Below are positions 31,076 through 41,765 of a stretch of DNA of 64,000 bases, piece by piece. Every line of letters starts with the position of its first letter. Positions within the stretch are counted from its first letter, which is position 1. The notes under the pieces were generated by a model that ran no database searches, had not been told where the DNA came from, and saw only the letters and a list, made by a program, of their open reading frames with translations. The translations under genes and the position numbers were made by a program. Source of the stretch: an uncultured bacterium (GTDB lineage: Bacteria; Bacillota; Clostridia; Oscillospirales; Oscillospiraceae); contig CANASS010000001.1 of NCBI GenBank assembly GCA_947364395.1, positions 42,051 through 106,050 of the forward strand. Reading direction: 5' to 3'.

Positions 31076-32224
31076 TCACCTCACAGATTGATAAACCGCC
31101 TCACGGGCGGCGCGGTCCGCCTCAAAAATATCGTCCAGGCCGGGAGCGTCCAGTACCGGCGCCCGGTCCAGCGCCCCCTCCACCAGTCGGGGGATGTCCA
31201 GGAAAGAGATTTTGTCCTCCAAGAACAGCCCCACCGCCGCCTCATTGGCCCCGTTGAGGATGGCGGTGGACGTGCCGCCTTTTTTCGCACACTCCAGGGC
31301 CAGCCCCAGACAGCGGAAGGTGTCCGAGTCCGGCCTTTGGAAGGTCAGCGGCGGACAGGACAGCAGATCCAGCGGCTTAGCCGGTCCCGGCGTCCGCTCC
31401 GGCCAAGTGAGAGCGTATTGGATGGGCAGGCACATATCCGCGCTGCCCAGCTGGGCCAAAACTGCCCCGTCCTCAAACTCCACCAAGGAGTGGACAATGC
31501 TCTCCCGGTGGACCACAACCTGGATGCGCTCGGGAGGCATGGCGTACAGCCGCATGGCCTCGATGAACTCCAGGCCCTTGTTCATCAGGGTGGCAGAGTC
31601 GATGGTGATTTTGGCCCCCATGGTCCAGTTGGGGTGGCGCAGCGCCTGTTCTTTGGTGACAAGGGAAAGTTCTTTACAGCTTTTTCCGTAAAAGGGCCCG
31701 CCGGAGGCAGTGATGATGAGCCGCCGTACCTCTCCCCTGTCCTTGCAGCCCTGGAGGCACTGGAAGATGGCGGAGTGCTCCGAGTCCACCGGGACAATTT
31801 CGGCTCCCTTCTCCTTTGCCCTGGCCATCACCAATTCTCCAGCGCACACCAGGGTCTCCTTGTTGGCCAGGGCAATGCGCTTACCGCAGTCGATGGCGGC
31901 CAGGGTGGGACGCAGTCCCGCCACCCCCACGATGGCGGTGACCACCGTGTCCGCCTCTGGCAGAGACGCGGCCTCCAGCAGCCCCGCCTGCCCCGACAGC
32001 ACCTTTATATCGGTATCAGCCAGCCGCACCCGCAGGTCAGCAGCGGCGCTTTCATCCACCGCTGCCAACAACTTTGGGCGGAACTCCCGGGCCTGGGCCT
32101 CGGCCAGCTCCACACTGCGGTTCACAGTAAGAGCGGCCACCTTATAGCCGCAGGCCTCCGCCACCTTCAGCGTCTGACGTCCGATAGAGCCGGTGGAGCC
32201 TAAAATGGATAGTGTCCTCTTCAT
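31076..32224 (-). CDS. dxr: 1-deoxy-D-xylulose-5-phosphate reductoisomerase
   Basis: LGSTGSIG, ANKE, PVDSEH, WTMGAKITIDSAT. Confidence 0.97.
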   Translation of the reverse strand: MKRTLSILGSTGSIGRQTLKVAEACGYKVAALTVNRSVELAEAQAREFRPKLLAAVDESAAADLRVRLADTDIKVLSGQAGLLEAASLPEADTVVTAIVGVAGLRPTLAAIDCGKRIALANKETLVCAGELVMARAKEKGAEIVPVDSEHSAIFQCLQGCKDRGEVRRLIITASGGPFYGKSCKELSLVTKEQALRHPNWTMGAKITIDSATLMNKGLEFIEAMRLYAMPPERIQVVVHRESIVHSLVEFEDGAVLAQLGSADMCLPIQYALTWPERTPGPAKPLDLLSCPPLTFQRPDSDTFRCLGLALECAKKGGTSTAILNGANEAAVGLFLEDKISFLDIPRLVEGALDRAPVLDAPGLDDIFEADRAAREAVYQSVR

Positions 32225-32234
32225 GATTCGCCTC

Positions 32235-33059
32235 TCAAAATACAGGCAGGCACTGGACAATAAACAACACCACCGGCCCGCAGAACATCATACTGTCAAA
32301 ACGGTCCAGCATCCCCCCGTGGCCGGGCAGGAGGTGGCCGTAGTCCTTCACGCCGTACTGCCGCTTGATGAATGAGAACGCCAGGTCGCCCACCTCGGTG
32401 GCCAGCGCCCCGAACAGCCCGCACAGAGCCAGGGGCAGCAGATTCACGCTGTCCCCCGCGATCCTGCTGGCCACCACGCCGTAGAGAATGGCAAACACCA
32501 TCCCCGTAATAAAACCGCCGATGTAGCCCTCCACGCTTTTATTCGGGCTGACCTTGGTGATACCCTTGTGCTTTCCAAGGGACACCCCGGCAAAATAGGC
32601 CCCGGCGTCAGTGACAAAGGTGAGCAGCACCGCCAGCAGGACCAGATACTGCCCATGGTCCATACGCCGCAGCTCCACCAGCGCGGACAGTGCCAGGGGG
32701 ATGATGATCCCCCCGAACAGCGCCGCAAGCACATGAAAAAACTCAATTTTGACCCCGTCCTCGCCATAGGCCCGGATGGCGCACCAGAAGCACACCGCCG
32801 TCACCACAAAGGACAGCAGGTTCACGTAGGCCGTGCCCAGTCCCGCCCAGCTTCCAAAGGGAAGCAGGGCAGCGGCGGCGATGGTCACCACCCGCATGGG
32901 CAGCGTGATATTTTCCTCCCCCACCGCCCGGAGCAGTTCAAACGCCGCCATGGCGGAGATAAAACACACCAGAACCGTCCACGCCAGGGGGGGCGGCGCC
33001 AGCATGATCCACAGCATGGCAGGGAGCAAAACCACAGCCACAATGATCCGTTTCGCCAT
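32235..33059 (-). CDS. cdsA: Phosphatidate cytidylyltransferase
   Basis: SPNKSVEG, KDYG, PGHGGMLDRFDS. Confidence 0.95.
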   Translation of the reverse strand: MAKRIIVAVVLLPAMLWIMLAPPPLAWTVLVCFISAMAAFELLRAVGEENITLPMRVVTIAAAALLPFGSWAGLGTAYVNLLSFVVTAVCFWCAIRAYGEDGVKIEFFHVLAALFGGIIIPLALSALVELRRMDHGQYLVLLAVLLTFVTDAGAYFAGVSLGKHKGITKVSPNKSVEGYIGGFITGMVFAILYGVVASRIAGDSVNLLPLALCGLFGALATEVGDLAFSFIKRQYGVKDYGHLLPGHGGMLDRFDSMMFCGPVVLFIVQCLPVF

Positions 33060-33060
33060 A

Positions 33061-33807
33061 TCACACACCTCCATACCGCCGGGAGCGGTGCTGATAAGCC
33101 GCCAGGGCCTTCAGCAGCTCCTCCTTGGTAAAGTTGGGCCAGAGCACGCTGGTAAAGTAATATTCCGCATAGGCGGACTGCCAGACCAGGAAATTGGATG
33201 TGCGGATCTCTCCGCTGGGCCGGATAATCAGGTCCGGGTCCGGCACGCCGGCGGAGTAGAGATAGCCGCCGAAGGCCTCTTCCGTGAGGTGGCCCGGGTC
33301 CGCCCGGCCCTCCACACAGTCCAGGGCGAAGGCTTTGGCCGCCCGCACCAGCTCGTCCCGTCCGCCATAGTTCAGACAGATGTTCACCTGACAGCCGTCA
33401 TAGCCCTTGGATATTTCCTCTGTCTCCCGGCACAGGGCCTGGAGGTGGGGGGGAAGCGGGGACAGGTCGCCGAAAAAGGCCATCTTCACCTTGTCCCGGG
33501 CCATGGTCTCAATGGCCTCGTGGAGGTACTTCTCCAGCAGGCTCATGATGGAGGCCACCTCATCGGCGGGCCGCTTCCAGTTCTCGGTGGAAAAAGCGTA
33601 CACCGTCAGATACTCCAGCCCAAGCTCCTTGGCAAAGGTGGCGATGGTCCGAAAGGTCTCGGCGCCGGCGGCGTGGCCCGCCTTCCGGGGCAGGCCGCGG
33701 CTTTTGGCCCAGCGCCCGTTGCCGTCCATGATAATGGCCACGTGGCGGGGCAGGTGCTCCAGGTCTACCTCAGGCGTCTGCGCCTTGCGACGGCGAAAGA
33801 AAGCCAT
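33061..33807 (-). CDS. uppS: Undecaprenyl diphosphate synthase
   Basis: IMDGNGRWA, FSTENW, RPSGEIRTSNF. Confidence 0.96.
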   Translation of the reverse strand: MAFFRRRKAQTPEVDLEHLPRHVAIIMDGNGRWAKSRGLPRKAGHAAGAETFRTIATFAKELGLEYLTVYAFSTENWKRPADEVASIMSLLEKYLHEAIETMARDKVKMAFFGDLSPLPPHLQALCRETEEISKGYDGCQVNICLNYGGRDELVRAAKAFALDCVEGRADPGHLTEEAFGGYLYSAGVPDPDLIIRPSGEIRTSNFLVWQSAYAEYYFTSVLWPNFTKEELLKALAAYQHRSRRYGGV

Positions 33808-33907
33808 ACACACCCATCCTAACTTTATTGTAAGTGTAGACAAAAAAGAACCGGCTCATAAGGGCCCAAACAGCACACAAGGGGGGCGCGCCCCCCTTGA
33901 TATGCGC

Positions 33908-34462
33908 TCAGACCGCCATCAGCTCCTTTTCCTTGGCGGCGGTGAGGGCGTCGATCTCCTTGCACCGCTTGTCCGTCAGGTCCTGAAGCTCCTTTTCGCT
34001 CTCCTTGCGGTCATCCTCGGTGATCTCCGACTTCTTCTCCAGGGACTTCAAGGTCTCCATGGCGTCCCGCCGGATGTTGCGGATGGCTACCTTGCCGTTC
34101 TCGCCGTACTTGCGCACCTGCTTGGTCAGCTCCACGCGGCGTTCCTCGGTGAGCTGGGGAAAAGCCAGCCGGATCACCCGCCCGTCGTTCTGGGGATTGA
34201 TGCCCAGGTCGGAGGTCTGAATGGCCTTCTCAATGGCCTTGAGGATGCTGCCATCCCAGGGCTGGATCTGAAGGGTGCGGGGGTCAGGGGTGGAGATGCT
34301 GGCCACCTGCTGGATGGGGGTGGGAGTGCCGTAATACTCCACCTGGATGCGGTCCAGCACACCCGCGTTGGCGCGGCCCGCCCGGACGCTGGCAAAGTCG
34401 CCCTTCACCGATTCGATGGTTTTGCCCATCTTCACATCGTAGGTTTTGCAGAAATCAGTCAT
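33908..34462 (-). CDS. frr: Ribosome recycling factor
   Basis: RAGRAN, LTEERR, IRNIRRD. Confidence 0.97.
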   Translation of the reverse strand: MTDFCKTYDVKMGKTIESVKGDFASVRAGRANAGVLDRIQVEYYGTPTPIQQVASISTPDPRTLQIQPWDGSILKAIEKAIQTSDLGINPQNDGRVIRLAFPQLTEERRVELTKQVRKYGENGKVAIRNIRRDAMETLKSLEKKSEITEDDRKESEKELQDLTDKRCKEIDALTAAKEKELMAV

Positions 34463-35192
34463 GGTCCTTTCCTCCTATATCTTTCACAATTGTGCCGATT
34501 TTCTCTCCATGCACCACCCGCAGGATATTTTCCGGGTCCTTCAGGGCGAACAGAATAATGGGGATGTTGTTGTCCATGCACAGGGATGTGGCGGTGGAAT
34601 CCATCACGCCCAGATGGCGGGCCAACACGTCGTCGTAGGTGATGCTGTCGTACTTCACCGCCGCCGGGTCCTTCAGCGGGTCGGCGCTGTACACTCCGTC
34701 CACATTTTTGGCCAGCAGGATGATATCCGCGTTGATCTCCGCCGCCCGGAGCACCGCCGCCGTGTCGGTGGAGAAAAAGGGGCTGCCGGTGCCGCAGCCA
34801 AAAATGACCACCCTGCCCTTTTCCAAATGGCGGATAGCCTTGGACCGGACATAGGGCTCGGCCATGGCGCGCATCTCGATGGCGGTCTGCACTCGCACGT
34901 CCACCCCCATCCGCTCCAGCACGTCGGCCAGGGCCAGACAGTTGATGGTGGTGGCCAGCATACCCATGTGGTCGGCCCGGACGCGCTCGTGCATCCCCTT
35001 ACCGTCCTTCAGGCCCCGCCAGAAGTTGCCGCCGCCTACCACAATGCCCACCTGCACGCCCTCTTCAGCGCAGCGGGCCACCACGCTGCACACTTTTTCA
35101 ATCACGTCAAAATCCAGGCCCCTGCCCTTCTCGCCGCCCAGCGCCTCGCCGCTGACCTTCAGCAGCACACGCTTGTACTTCAGCTCATCCAT
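34455..35192 (-). CDS. pyrH: UMP kinase
   Basis: [22 protein letters not shown]. Confidence 0.97.
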   Translation of the reverse strand: MDELKYKRVLLKVSGEALGGEKGRGLDFDVIEKVCSVVARCAEEGVQVGIVVGGGNFWRGLKDGKGMHERVRADHMGMLATTINCLALADVLERMGVDVRVQTAIEMRAMAEPYVRSKAIRHLEKGRVVIFGCGTGSPFFSTDTAAVLRAAEINADIILLAKNVDGVYSADPLKDPAAVKYDSITYDDVLARHLGVMDSTATSLCMDNNIPIILFALKDPENILRVVHGEKIGTIVKDIGGKDHD

Positions 35193-35404
35193 GGCTCTCA
35201 TCCTCTCCAATTCCAGAATTGAATCCTACTCATGGACAGTATTATACTGGAAAACCTTCCTTTTGCCTAGGGGCTAAATGAAAATTTTCCGTGTATTTTT
35301 CCCAAAGAAAGCCGGACGGAGGCCCACAAAACTTATATATGGTAGAAAAAGCGGAAACAATAGGTATCGCGCTGACTTTTTCTCAAGAAATTGGAGAAAA
35401 ATAC

Positions 35405-35545
35405 TTGCGTTCCCCCAGGGGTTGTGGTAAAATACTCAGGCATTCCGCACGAGAGCCGATTTTCCGCCCGGTGCTTTTCCTGGAAAAGTGGGTGGAACAA
35501 GAGGACGCTTTCGGAGGCTAAACCAAATATTAGGAGGAAAAAACA
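35405..35545 (+). promoter_or_regulatory. rpsB promoter (TTGCGT-17-TAAAAT) and ~100-nt 5' leader, probably S2-autoregulatory
   Basis: Extended -10; leader length and position typical of rpsB. Confidence 0.6.
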
Positions 35546-36283
35546 ATGGCAGTCGTATCTATGAAGCAGCTGCTGGAGGCCGGTGTGCACTTCGGCCACC
35601 AGACCCGCCGGTGGAACCCCAAAATGGCCACCTACATCTACACGGAGCGCAACGGCATTTATATCATTGACCTGCAGAAGACCGTGAAGAAGCTGGAGGA
35701 GGCCTATAACTTTGTCAAGGACATGTCCGGCAGCGGCCAGTCCCTGCTGTTCGTGGGCACCAAGAAGCAGGCCCAGGACGCCATCCGCGAGGAGGCCACC
35801 CGCTGCGGCATGTATTACGTCAACGCCCGCTGGCTGGGCGGCATGATGACCAACTTCAAGACCATGCGCACCCGTGTGGACCGTCTGAACCAGCTGAAGA
35901 AGTGGCAGGAGGACGGCACCTTCGACAAGCTTCCCAAGAAGGAAGTCATGAAGCTGATGGGCGAGATCTTCAAGCTGGAGAAGTACCTTGGCGGCGTGGT
36001 GGAGATGAAGAAGCTCCCCGGCGCACTGTTCGTGGTAGACCCCCGCAAGGAGCGCAACGCCATCAACGAGGCCCGCAAGCTGAATATCCCCATCGTGGCC
36101 ATCGTGGATACCAACTGTGACCCCGATGAGATTGATTACGTCATCCCCGGCAACGACGACGCCATCCGCGCCATCAAGCTGATCTCCTCCGTCATGGCCA
36201 ACGCCGTGCAGGAGGGCCGTCAGGGCGTGGACGCCGCCCCCGTCCCCGAGAAGGCTGAGGAGTCCGCTCCCGCTGCGGAGTAA
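35546..36283 (+). CDS. rpsB: 30S ribosomal protein S2
   Basis: [32 protein letters not shown]. Confidence 0.99.
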   Translation: MAVVSMKQLLEAGVHFGHQTRRWNPKMATYIYTERNGIYIIDLQKTVKKLEEAYNFVKDMSGSGQSLLFVGTKKQAQDAIREEATRCGMYYVNARWLGGMMTNFKTMRTRVDRLNQLKKWQEDGTFDKLPKKEVMKLMGEIFKLEKYLGGVVEMKKLPGALFVVDPRKERNAINEARKLNIPIVAIVDTNCDPDEIDYVIPGNDDAIRAIKLISSVMANAVQEGRQGVDAAPVPEKAEESAPAAE

Positions 36284-36383
36284 GCCTCTCCCCCGGCCTC
36301 GGCTGAAATATCTCAGCACCCCAGCGCCCGCCCCGGCGGGCGGGCGCTTTCATTTGACAAATACTTTTTGGAGGTAACCATAT

Positions 36384-37295
36384 ATGGCAATCACAGCTCA
36401 GGATGTAAAGGCCCTGCGGGAAATGACCGGCGTGGGCATGATGGACTGCAAGAAGGCTCTGGCCGCCTCTGACGGCGATATGGACAAGGCCGTCGAGTGG
36501 CTGCGTGAGAAGGGCTTGGCCGCTTCCGCCAAGAAGGCGGGCCGCATTGCCGCCGAGGGCATGGCTTACGCCGGCGTGATCGGCAACGTGGGCGTGGTGG
36601 TGGAAGTCAACGCCGAAACCGACTTCGTGGGCAAGAACGAGAAGTTCGTGGATTTTGTGAAGGGCGTGGCCGCCACCGTGGCTGCCTGCGCTCCCGCCGA
36701 CCTGGACGCGCTGATGGAGTGCAAGTATAACGGCACCGACCTCACCGTCACCCAGCAGCAGCAGGAAATGGTGCTGGTTATCGGCGAGAACATCAAGGTC
36801 CGCCGTTTTGCCCGCTTTGCCGACGGCGTGTCCGTCCCCTATATCCACGCCGGCGGCAAGATCGGTGTGCTGGTCAACCTGGAAGTTACCGGCGGCATTG
36901 ATGTCATTGAGATCGGCAAGGATATGGCCATGCAGATCGCCGCTCTGAACCCCCGTTTCCTGGACAAGAGCCAGGTCACCCAGGAGGTGCTGGACGAGGA
37001 GAAGAAGATCCTCCTGGCCCAGATGGACAACGACCCCAAGATGGCCTCCAAGCCCGACCAGGTCAAGGAAAAGATCGTGGTTGGCAAGCTCAACAAGTTC
37101 TACGCCGAAAACTGCCTGCTCCAGCAGACCTTTGTCAAGGACAACGAGGTCACCGTGGAGCAGTATATGAACGCCGCCGCCAAGAAGCTGGGCGGCACCG
37201 TCGCGCTGAAGGACGCTGTGCGTTTCGAGAAGGGCGAGGGTATTGAGAAGAAGCAGGAGAACTTCGCCGAGGAGATCGCCAAGCTGGCACAGTAA
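36384..37295 (+). CDS. tsf: Elongation factor Ts
   Basis: LREMTGVGMMDCKKAL, EVNAETDFV. Confidence 0.98.
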   Translation: MAITAQDVKALREMTGVGMMDCKKALAASDGDMDKAVEWLREKGLAASAKKAGRIAAEGMAYAGVIGNVGVVVEVNAETDFVGKNEKFVDFVKGVAATVAACAPADLDALMECKYNGTDLTVTQQQQEMVLVIGENIKVRRFARFADGVSVPYIHAGGKIGVLVNLEVTGGIDVIEIGKDMAMQIAALNPRFLDKSQVTQEVLDEEKKILLAQMDNDPKMASKPDQVKEKIVVGKLNKFYAENCLLQQTFVKDNEVTVEQYMNAAAKKLGGTVALKDAVRFEKGEGIEKKQENFAEEIAKLAQ

Positions 37296-37315
37296 GAGCG
37301 CGAAATAACGAACCC

Positions 37316-37351
37316 AAAGGGGCCTGTGGAACTGATCCACAGGCCCTTTTT
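37316..37351. terminator. Terminator between convergent tsf and tgt
   Basis: GGGCCTGTGGA-ACTGA-TCCACAGGCCC followed by a T-run. Confidence 0.8.
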
Positions 37352-37425
37352 GCGTTCCAAAACAGATTGATTCAAAGGTTCCTCTGCGCTGTTAAAAATT
37401 CCAAAAGCCTGCGACACAGGGCGCC

Positions 37426-38559
37426 TCAATCTGCCCGCCCTGCCAGCCTTTCCGAATACTCCGCCCGGAAGGCCGCAAACTGTCCCTGGTCCAAGGCCTC
37501 TCGGACCCGCCGGACCAAATCGTTGTAAAAATAGAGGTTGTGCATCACGGCCAAGCGCATAGCCAGCATCTCCCCCGCCACAAACAGATGGCGCAGATAG
37601 GCCCGGGAGAAATTCCGGCACACCGGGCAGCCGCAATGGGGGTCGATGGGCCGTTCATCCAGCTTGAACCGCTCATTTTTGAGATTCAGCGCCCCCTCCC
37701 AGGTAAACAGCTTTCCGTGCCGAGCGTTGCGCGCGGGCATGACACAGTCGAAAAAGTCCACTCCCCTGGCCACCGCTTCAATGATGTTGGACGGCGTACC
37801 TACCCCCATCAGATACCGGGGCTTGTCCACCGGCATATGGGGCTCCACCGCCTCAATGATGGCGTACATCACCTCGGTGGGCTCCCCCACCGCCAGTCCG
37901 CCGATGGCATAGCCGCCGCAGTCGATTTTGGCGGTCTCCTTCATATGCCACACCCGCAGATCCTCATAGGTGGCCCCCTGGTTGATGCCGAACAGCACTT
38001 GGCCCGGATTGACACAGTCCGGCAAGGTATTCAACCTATCATGTTCCGCCTTACAGCGCTCCAGCCAGCGCAGAGTCCGCTCACAGGAGGCTTTCGCGTA
38101 TCCATAGGGAGCTGGGTTTTCCACGCACTCGTCAAAGGCCATGGCCACGTCGCTGCCCAGATTGGACTGGATGGCCATGGACTCCTCCGGACCCATGAAG
38201 ATCCGCCTGCCGTCAATATGGGAGGAGAAGGTGACCCCCTCCTCGGTGATCTTCCGCAGCCCCGCCAAAGAGAACACCTGGAACCCGCCGGAGTCGGTGA
38301 GCATAGGCCCGTCCCACCGCATAAATTTGTGCAGTCCCCCCATCTGACGCACCACACCGTCCCCAGGACGCAGGTGGAGGTGGTAGGTGTTGGACAGCTC
38401 GATCTGGCAGCCAATGTCCTTCAAATCCAGGGCAGACACGGCCCCCTTGATGGCCCCCTGGGTGCCCACATTCATGAATACCGGGGTCTGTACCACGCCG
38501 TGGGGGCAGGTAAACTCTCCACGGCGGGCTCTACCCTCGGTCTTAATCACTCGAAACAT
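37426..38559 (-). CDS. tgt: tRNA-guanine transglycosylase
   Basis: NTYHL, TDSGGFQ, YLMGVG, CGCPVC zinc site. Confidence 0.97.
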   Translation of the reverse strand: MFRVIKTEGRARRGEFTCPHGVVQTPVFMNVGTQGAIKGAVSALDLKDIGCQIELSNTYHLHLRPGDGVVRQMGGLHKFMRWDGPMLTDSGGFQVFSLAGLRKITEEGVTFSSHIDGRRIFMGPEESMAIQSNLGSDVAMAFDECVENPAPYGYAKASCERTLRWLERCKAEHDRLNTLPDCVNPGQVLFGINQGATYEDLRVWHMKETAKIDCGGYAIGGLAVGEPTEVMYAIIEAVEPHMPVDKPRYLMGVGTPSNIIEAVARGVDFFDCVMPARNARHGKLFTWEGALNLKNERFKLDERPIDPHCGCPVCRNFSRAYLRHLFVAGEMLAMRLAVMHNLYFYNDLVRRVREALDQGQFAAFRAEYSERLAGRAD

Positions 38560-38569
38560 CTTTTTCTCC

Positions 38570-38824
38570 TCACAGTCTCTGATACCAAGCTTTTAATACC
38601 GACTTGCGTTCTGAGGACATCAGACTCCTCTTGACGCCCTCCTCCGCCCCTGCCAATGCTTCCAACTGGTGGAGGCAGGCGGCAGGTTCCACTTGGGCCT
38701 GGATGCGCAGAAACGCCTCCTCCGCCCCCAGGGCCTGGAACTGTTCCTGGGTGGTGACACCGATTCTTTCCAAATTGCCCGCCAGCTTCGGGCCGATGTT
38801 AGGCAGGTCGGTCAAACGCTCCAT
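38570..38824 (-). CDS. TfoX/Sxy C-terminal-domain family protein
   Basis: LTDLPNIGPKL helix-hairpin-helix motif, ALAGA; promoter TTGACT-17-CATAAT at 38856-38884. Confidence 0.8.
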   Translation of the reverse strand: MERLTDLPNIGPKLAGNLERIGVTTQEQFQALGAEEAFLRIQAQVEPAACLHQLEALAGAEEGVKRSLMSSERKSVLKAWYQRL

Positions 38825-39042
38825 GCCGCCCTCCCCTTCCACATTTGATTTTTCTATTATGACACAACCGGGGTCGCAAGTCAATGTATACACCGCTTTG
38901 TCATTTTAAGAAACGCTCTGCTGGGTTACAGCTTCAGAATTTTTCATAAAAGTCAGCAGCTTCTACAGAAGCAGGTTGATGTGTCAGGAAACCTATGATA
39001 TAATTTGAATCCACAAATATTTATCCATATTAGGAGGCCGTC

Positions 39043-39456
39043 ATGCTTGATATAATACCTACTCCAGAAGAAATGACAGTTTTAGTCGGAGCATCACTAT
39101 ATGATATTTGGAGTAAATTAAACATTTTAATTGACGAAAGATATGACGTGAACGGCGCATGGAATAAGGGCGGAAAAGCATGGAAATACGAATATAAATA
39201 CCATCGGGGCGGCAAAACATTATGCGCGTTATACGCAAGGGAAAACTGTGTGGGGTTTATGATTATCTTAGGAAAAGACGAACGATCAAAATTTGAAGCA
39301 GATAGAGATAATTATTCAAAAGAAGTCCAAAAGATTTTTGACGAAACGAAAACATACCATGATGGGAAATGGCTGATGTTTGAGCCAACAGACACTACTT
39401 TATTTGACGATTTTGTCAAATTGCTGAGAATTAAAAGAAGGCCAAACAGGAAGTAA
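39043..39456 (+). CDS. DUF3788 family protein (AT-rich)
   Basis: GGKTLCALY, YHDGKW, IKRRPN motifs; AGGAGG RBS. Confidence 0.8.
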   Translation: MLDIIPTPEEMTVLVGASLYDIWSKLNILIDERYDVNGAWNKGGKAWKYEYKYHRGGKTLCALYARENCVGFMIILGKDERSKFEADRDNYSKEVQKIFDETKTYHDGKWLMFEPTDTTLFDDFVKLLRIKRRPNRK

Positions 39457-39600
39457 CTTATTACTGTACCACCAGCAAATAGGATTGCTTCTTCACCATA
39501 AAAGCAATTATTAAATTTCAATTCAATGGGCAGCCGTCCTCAAAGGCAGCTGCTCGTTTTAAATGTGTTAACAACTCATAACGTCAGCGATAAACTGAAC

Positions 39601-39640
39601 ATGGGAACCGCCTCCGTGGAAAAGCGGAGGCGGTTCCCAT
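39601..39640. terminator. Hairpin ending the oxidoreductase operon
   Basis: ATGGGAACCGCCTCCG...CGGAGGCGGTTCCCAT 16-bp stem. Confidence 0.75.
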
Positions 39641-39647
39641 ACTCTTT

Positions 39648-40577
39648 TTATTTCAGGCCATTGGCGGACAGGTTCTTTTGATAACCCGCCAGATCAGTGT
39701 ACAGCTCCTGTTTCAGCGGATTGCGTTTGGTTTTCACAATCACAGTCACCTCATACACAAACACCCCCGCGTTAAAAGCCAGGGCCAAAGCGCTGAGCGT
39801 CATCCAGGCCGCAGGGTTATAGGTGGCCGTGATGCCGAAGGCGGGCAGGGCCTGATAGTCCACCGCCAGGGAGAACATGCCGAACAGCGCCAGGGTCTGA
39901 GCCCGGTGCTGGAGCCACACGCCCCGCTTCAAGAGGAATTCCGCCAGGGTACAGCTGATCAGCAAGGCCACCCCCGCGTACATGGCCCGGGTGGCGATGC
40001 AATTATAGCAGTAAGCCACATTCCACAGGTCATAGGCGATGATCCAGAACCACAGCTGGTCGGGCCACACCATGTCCTTGGAGCCGGTGTTGGCCACTTG
40101 AATCCCCATCCAGCCCGTCATGGTCAACAGCAGGAATACCCCGGCCAGGGCGTTCATCAGGTTCCAGGGCCCGCCCAGCAGAGTCAGGCCCGCCGCGTCG
40201 GTGGTCAGGGTTTTGAAGGTGACAAACACCTCATAGTCCCGGTAGATGGCCTCGACGATGTTGATCCCCAAGATGGCCACGGGGAAATACCAGGCAAATT
40301 TCCGCTCACCCAGCTTGGTGTAGCGGATCAGCATGAAGCCCACCACCCCGATCAGGGCGGAATAGGTTTTGATCACGCCAAACCAAGTCTTGCTGGAGGG
40401 GCTTCCCACCACACCGGCGGCAATGAGCCCCACCAGGACCACCGGGACCGCGCAGTACATAATAACGGCCAGTATCTTGCTTCGCCGGGTCAGCTCATTG
40501 AGCGCCACCAGCGCCGCCACCAGCAGAATCAGGCCCCCCAGTGCAATGGGGGTATAGCCTTCAAAGAAAAATCCCAT
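39648..40577 (-). CDS. DUF5692 family membrane protein
   Basis: INIVEA, NALAG, KDMVWPD..WFWIIAYDLWN, WLQHRAQTL. Confidence 0.8.
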   Translation of the reverse strand: MGFFFEGYTPIALGGLILLVAALVALNELTRRSKILAVIMYCAVPVVLVGLIAAGVVGSPSSKTWFGVIKTYSALIGVVGFMLIRYTKLGERKFAWYFPVAILGINIVEAIYRDYEVFVTFKTLTTDAAGLTLLGGPWNLMNALAGVFLLLTMTGWMGIQVANTGSKDMVWPDQLWFWIIAYDLWNVAYCYNCIATRAMYAGVALLISCTLAEFLLKRGVWLQHRAQTLALFGMFSLAVDYQALPAFGITATYNPAAWMTLSALALAFNAGVFVYEVTVIVKTKRNPLKQELYTDLAGYQKNLSANGLK

Positions 40578-40598
40578 CCTTCTCTCCTTCCCGCTGTA

Positions 40599-41762
40599 TC
40601 ACAGCATAATCTCGATGTCTCCCATTGGATATGCCTTGCAGGAGTGGATATAACCGTATTTTTCGTCCGCGAAACGGCGCAACATCCCCTTGGCCAGGAA
40701 CACCTCGCCCGACACCAGCTTTACCCGGCACAGGCTGCACTCCCCGCTGCGGCAGCACACGTTGACCCAGACTCCCGCCCGCTCCAGCGCGGTCAAAAGG
40801 GACTCCCCGGACCTGGCGGAAACTTTTTGGTCCCCCACAGTGACAGTAAACTCCTCATCCCCCGTCAGCTCCTGGGGCCAGCCCGGCTCGTTCTGGATGT
40901 CCCGGCGGGCTCCGAACATCTCACGGCGGATTTTCTTTTCCGGCACGCCCATGGCCTCCAGGGCGGACTTGCAGAAATCATTCATGACCTGTGGGCCGCA
41001 GATATAGCTGGTGCGCTCCGAAAAATCAGGGACCAGCCGGCGGATCAGGGCCTCGTCCAAGAATCCCCGCTCCCCGTCCCAGCCCTCCACCGGGTCGGAC
41101 ACCACCAGATGATAGCGGAAATTGGGGAAGTCTGCGGCGTAAGCCGTCAGTTCCTCGTGGTACAGGGCACCATCCGGGGCACGGCAGCCGTACAGCAACA
41201 CCACGTCCCGGTCCAGTCCCGCCTCCAATATCTCCCGGGTCATGCTCAGCATAGGGGTGATGCCGCTTCCTCCCGCCAGAAACAGGGACTTTTTACTGTG
41301 GAACACCGGCTGATAGCGGAACACGCCCGCCGGGCCGTTGGCCGCAAAGCGGTCCCCCGCCTTCACTTGATCCAACAGGTAGTCGGACACAAAGCCTTCC
41401 TTGGTCTTGGCCACTGTAATTTCATAATAGGCCCGCTGCCGGGGGGAAGAGGAGATGCTATAGGGCCGGCTGGTGCGTACGCCGCCGATCTGTGTGAACA
41501 GATTGATGTACTGTCCGGCCTCAAAGGGGGGCAGGTAGCCGTCCTCTGACACAAGGCGGAAGATTTTGGCCTGCTTGCCGGTGTCCATCACCGACTGCAC
41601 CACCAGCTTCAATTCCCTGCGGTGGATCGCCTCAGCGGGCCGGGTCACGCTGCCTGTGGGGATCTTATCCCCAGATACATTGCGCAGCACGCGGATGTTC
41701 TCCATGATCTCCTGCCCGTGCTCCAGGGTGCCCAGCAGGGTCTCCCGAATATTCTTGGCCAT
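40599..41762 (-). CDS. FNR-type FAD/NAD(P) oxidoreductase with C-terminal [2Fe-2S] ferredoxin
   Basis: RPYSISS, GFVS, AGGSGITP, YICGP, CRSGECSLC...C. Confidence 0.9.
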   Translation of the reverse strand: MAKNIRETLLGTLEHGQEIMENIRVLRNVSGDKIPTGSVTRPAEAIHRRELKLVVQSVMDTGKQAKIFRLVSEDGYLPPFEAGQYINLFTQIGGVRTSRPYSISSSPRQRAYYEITVAKTKEGFVSDYLLDQVKAGDRFAANGPAGVFRYQPVFHSKKSLFLAGGSGITPMLSMTREILEAGLDRDVVLLYGCRAPDGALYHEELTAYAADFPNFRYHLVVSDPVEGWDGERGFLDEALIRRLVPDFSERTSYICGPQVMNDFCKSALEAMGVPEKKIRREMFGARRDIQNEPGWPQELTGDEEFTVTVGDQKVSARSGESLLTALERAGVWVNVCCRSGECSLCRVKLVSGEVFLAKGMLRRFADEKYGYIHSCKAYPMGDIEIML

Positions 41763-41765
41763 TGC

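Noticed and set aside
35328..35345. NrdR-box-like ACTTATATATGGT between pyrH and rpsB
   Set aside because: Single weak match in AT-rich DNA with no nrd gene nearby.
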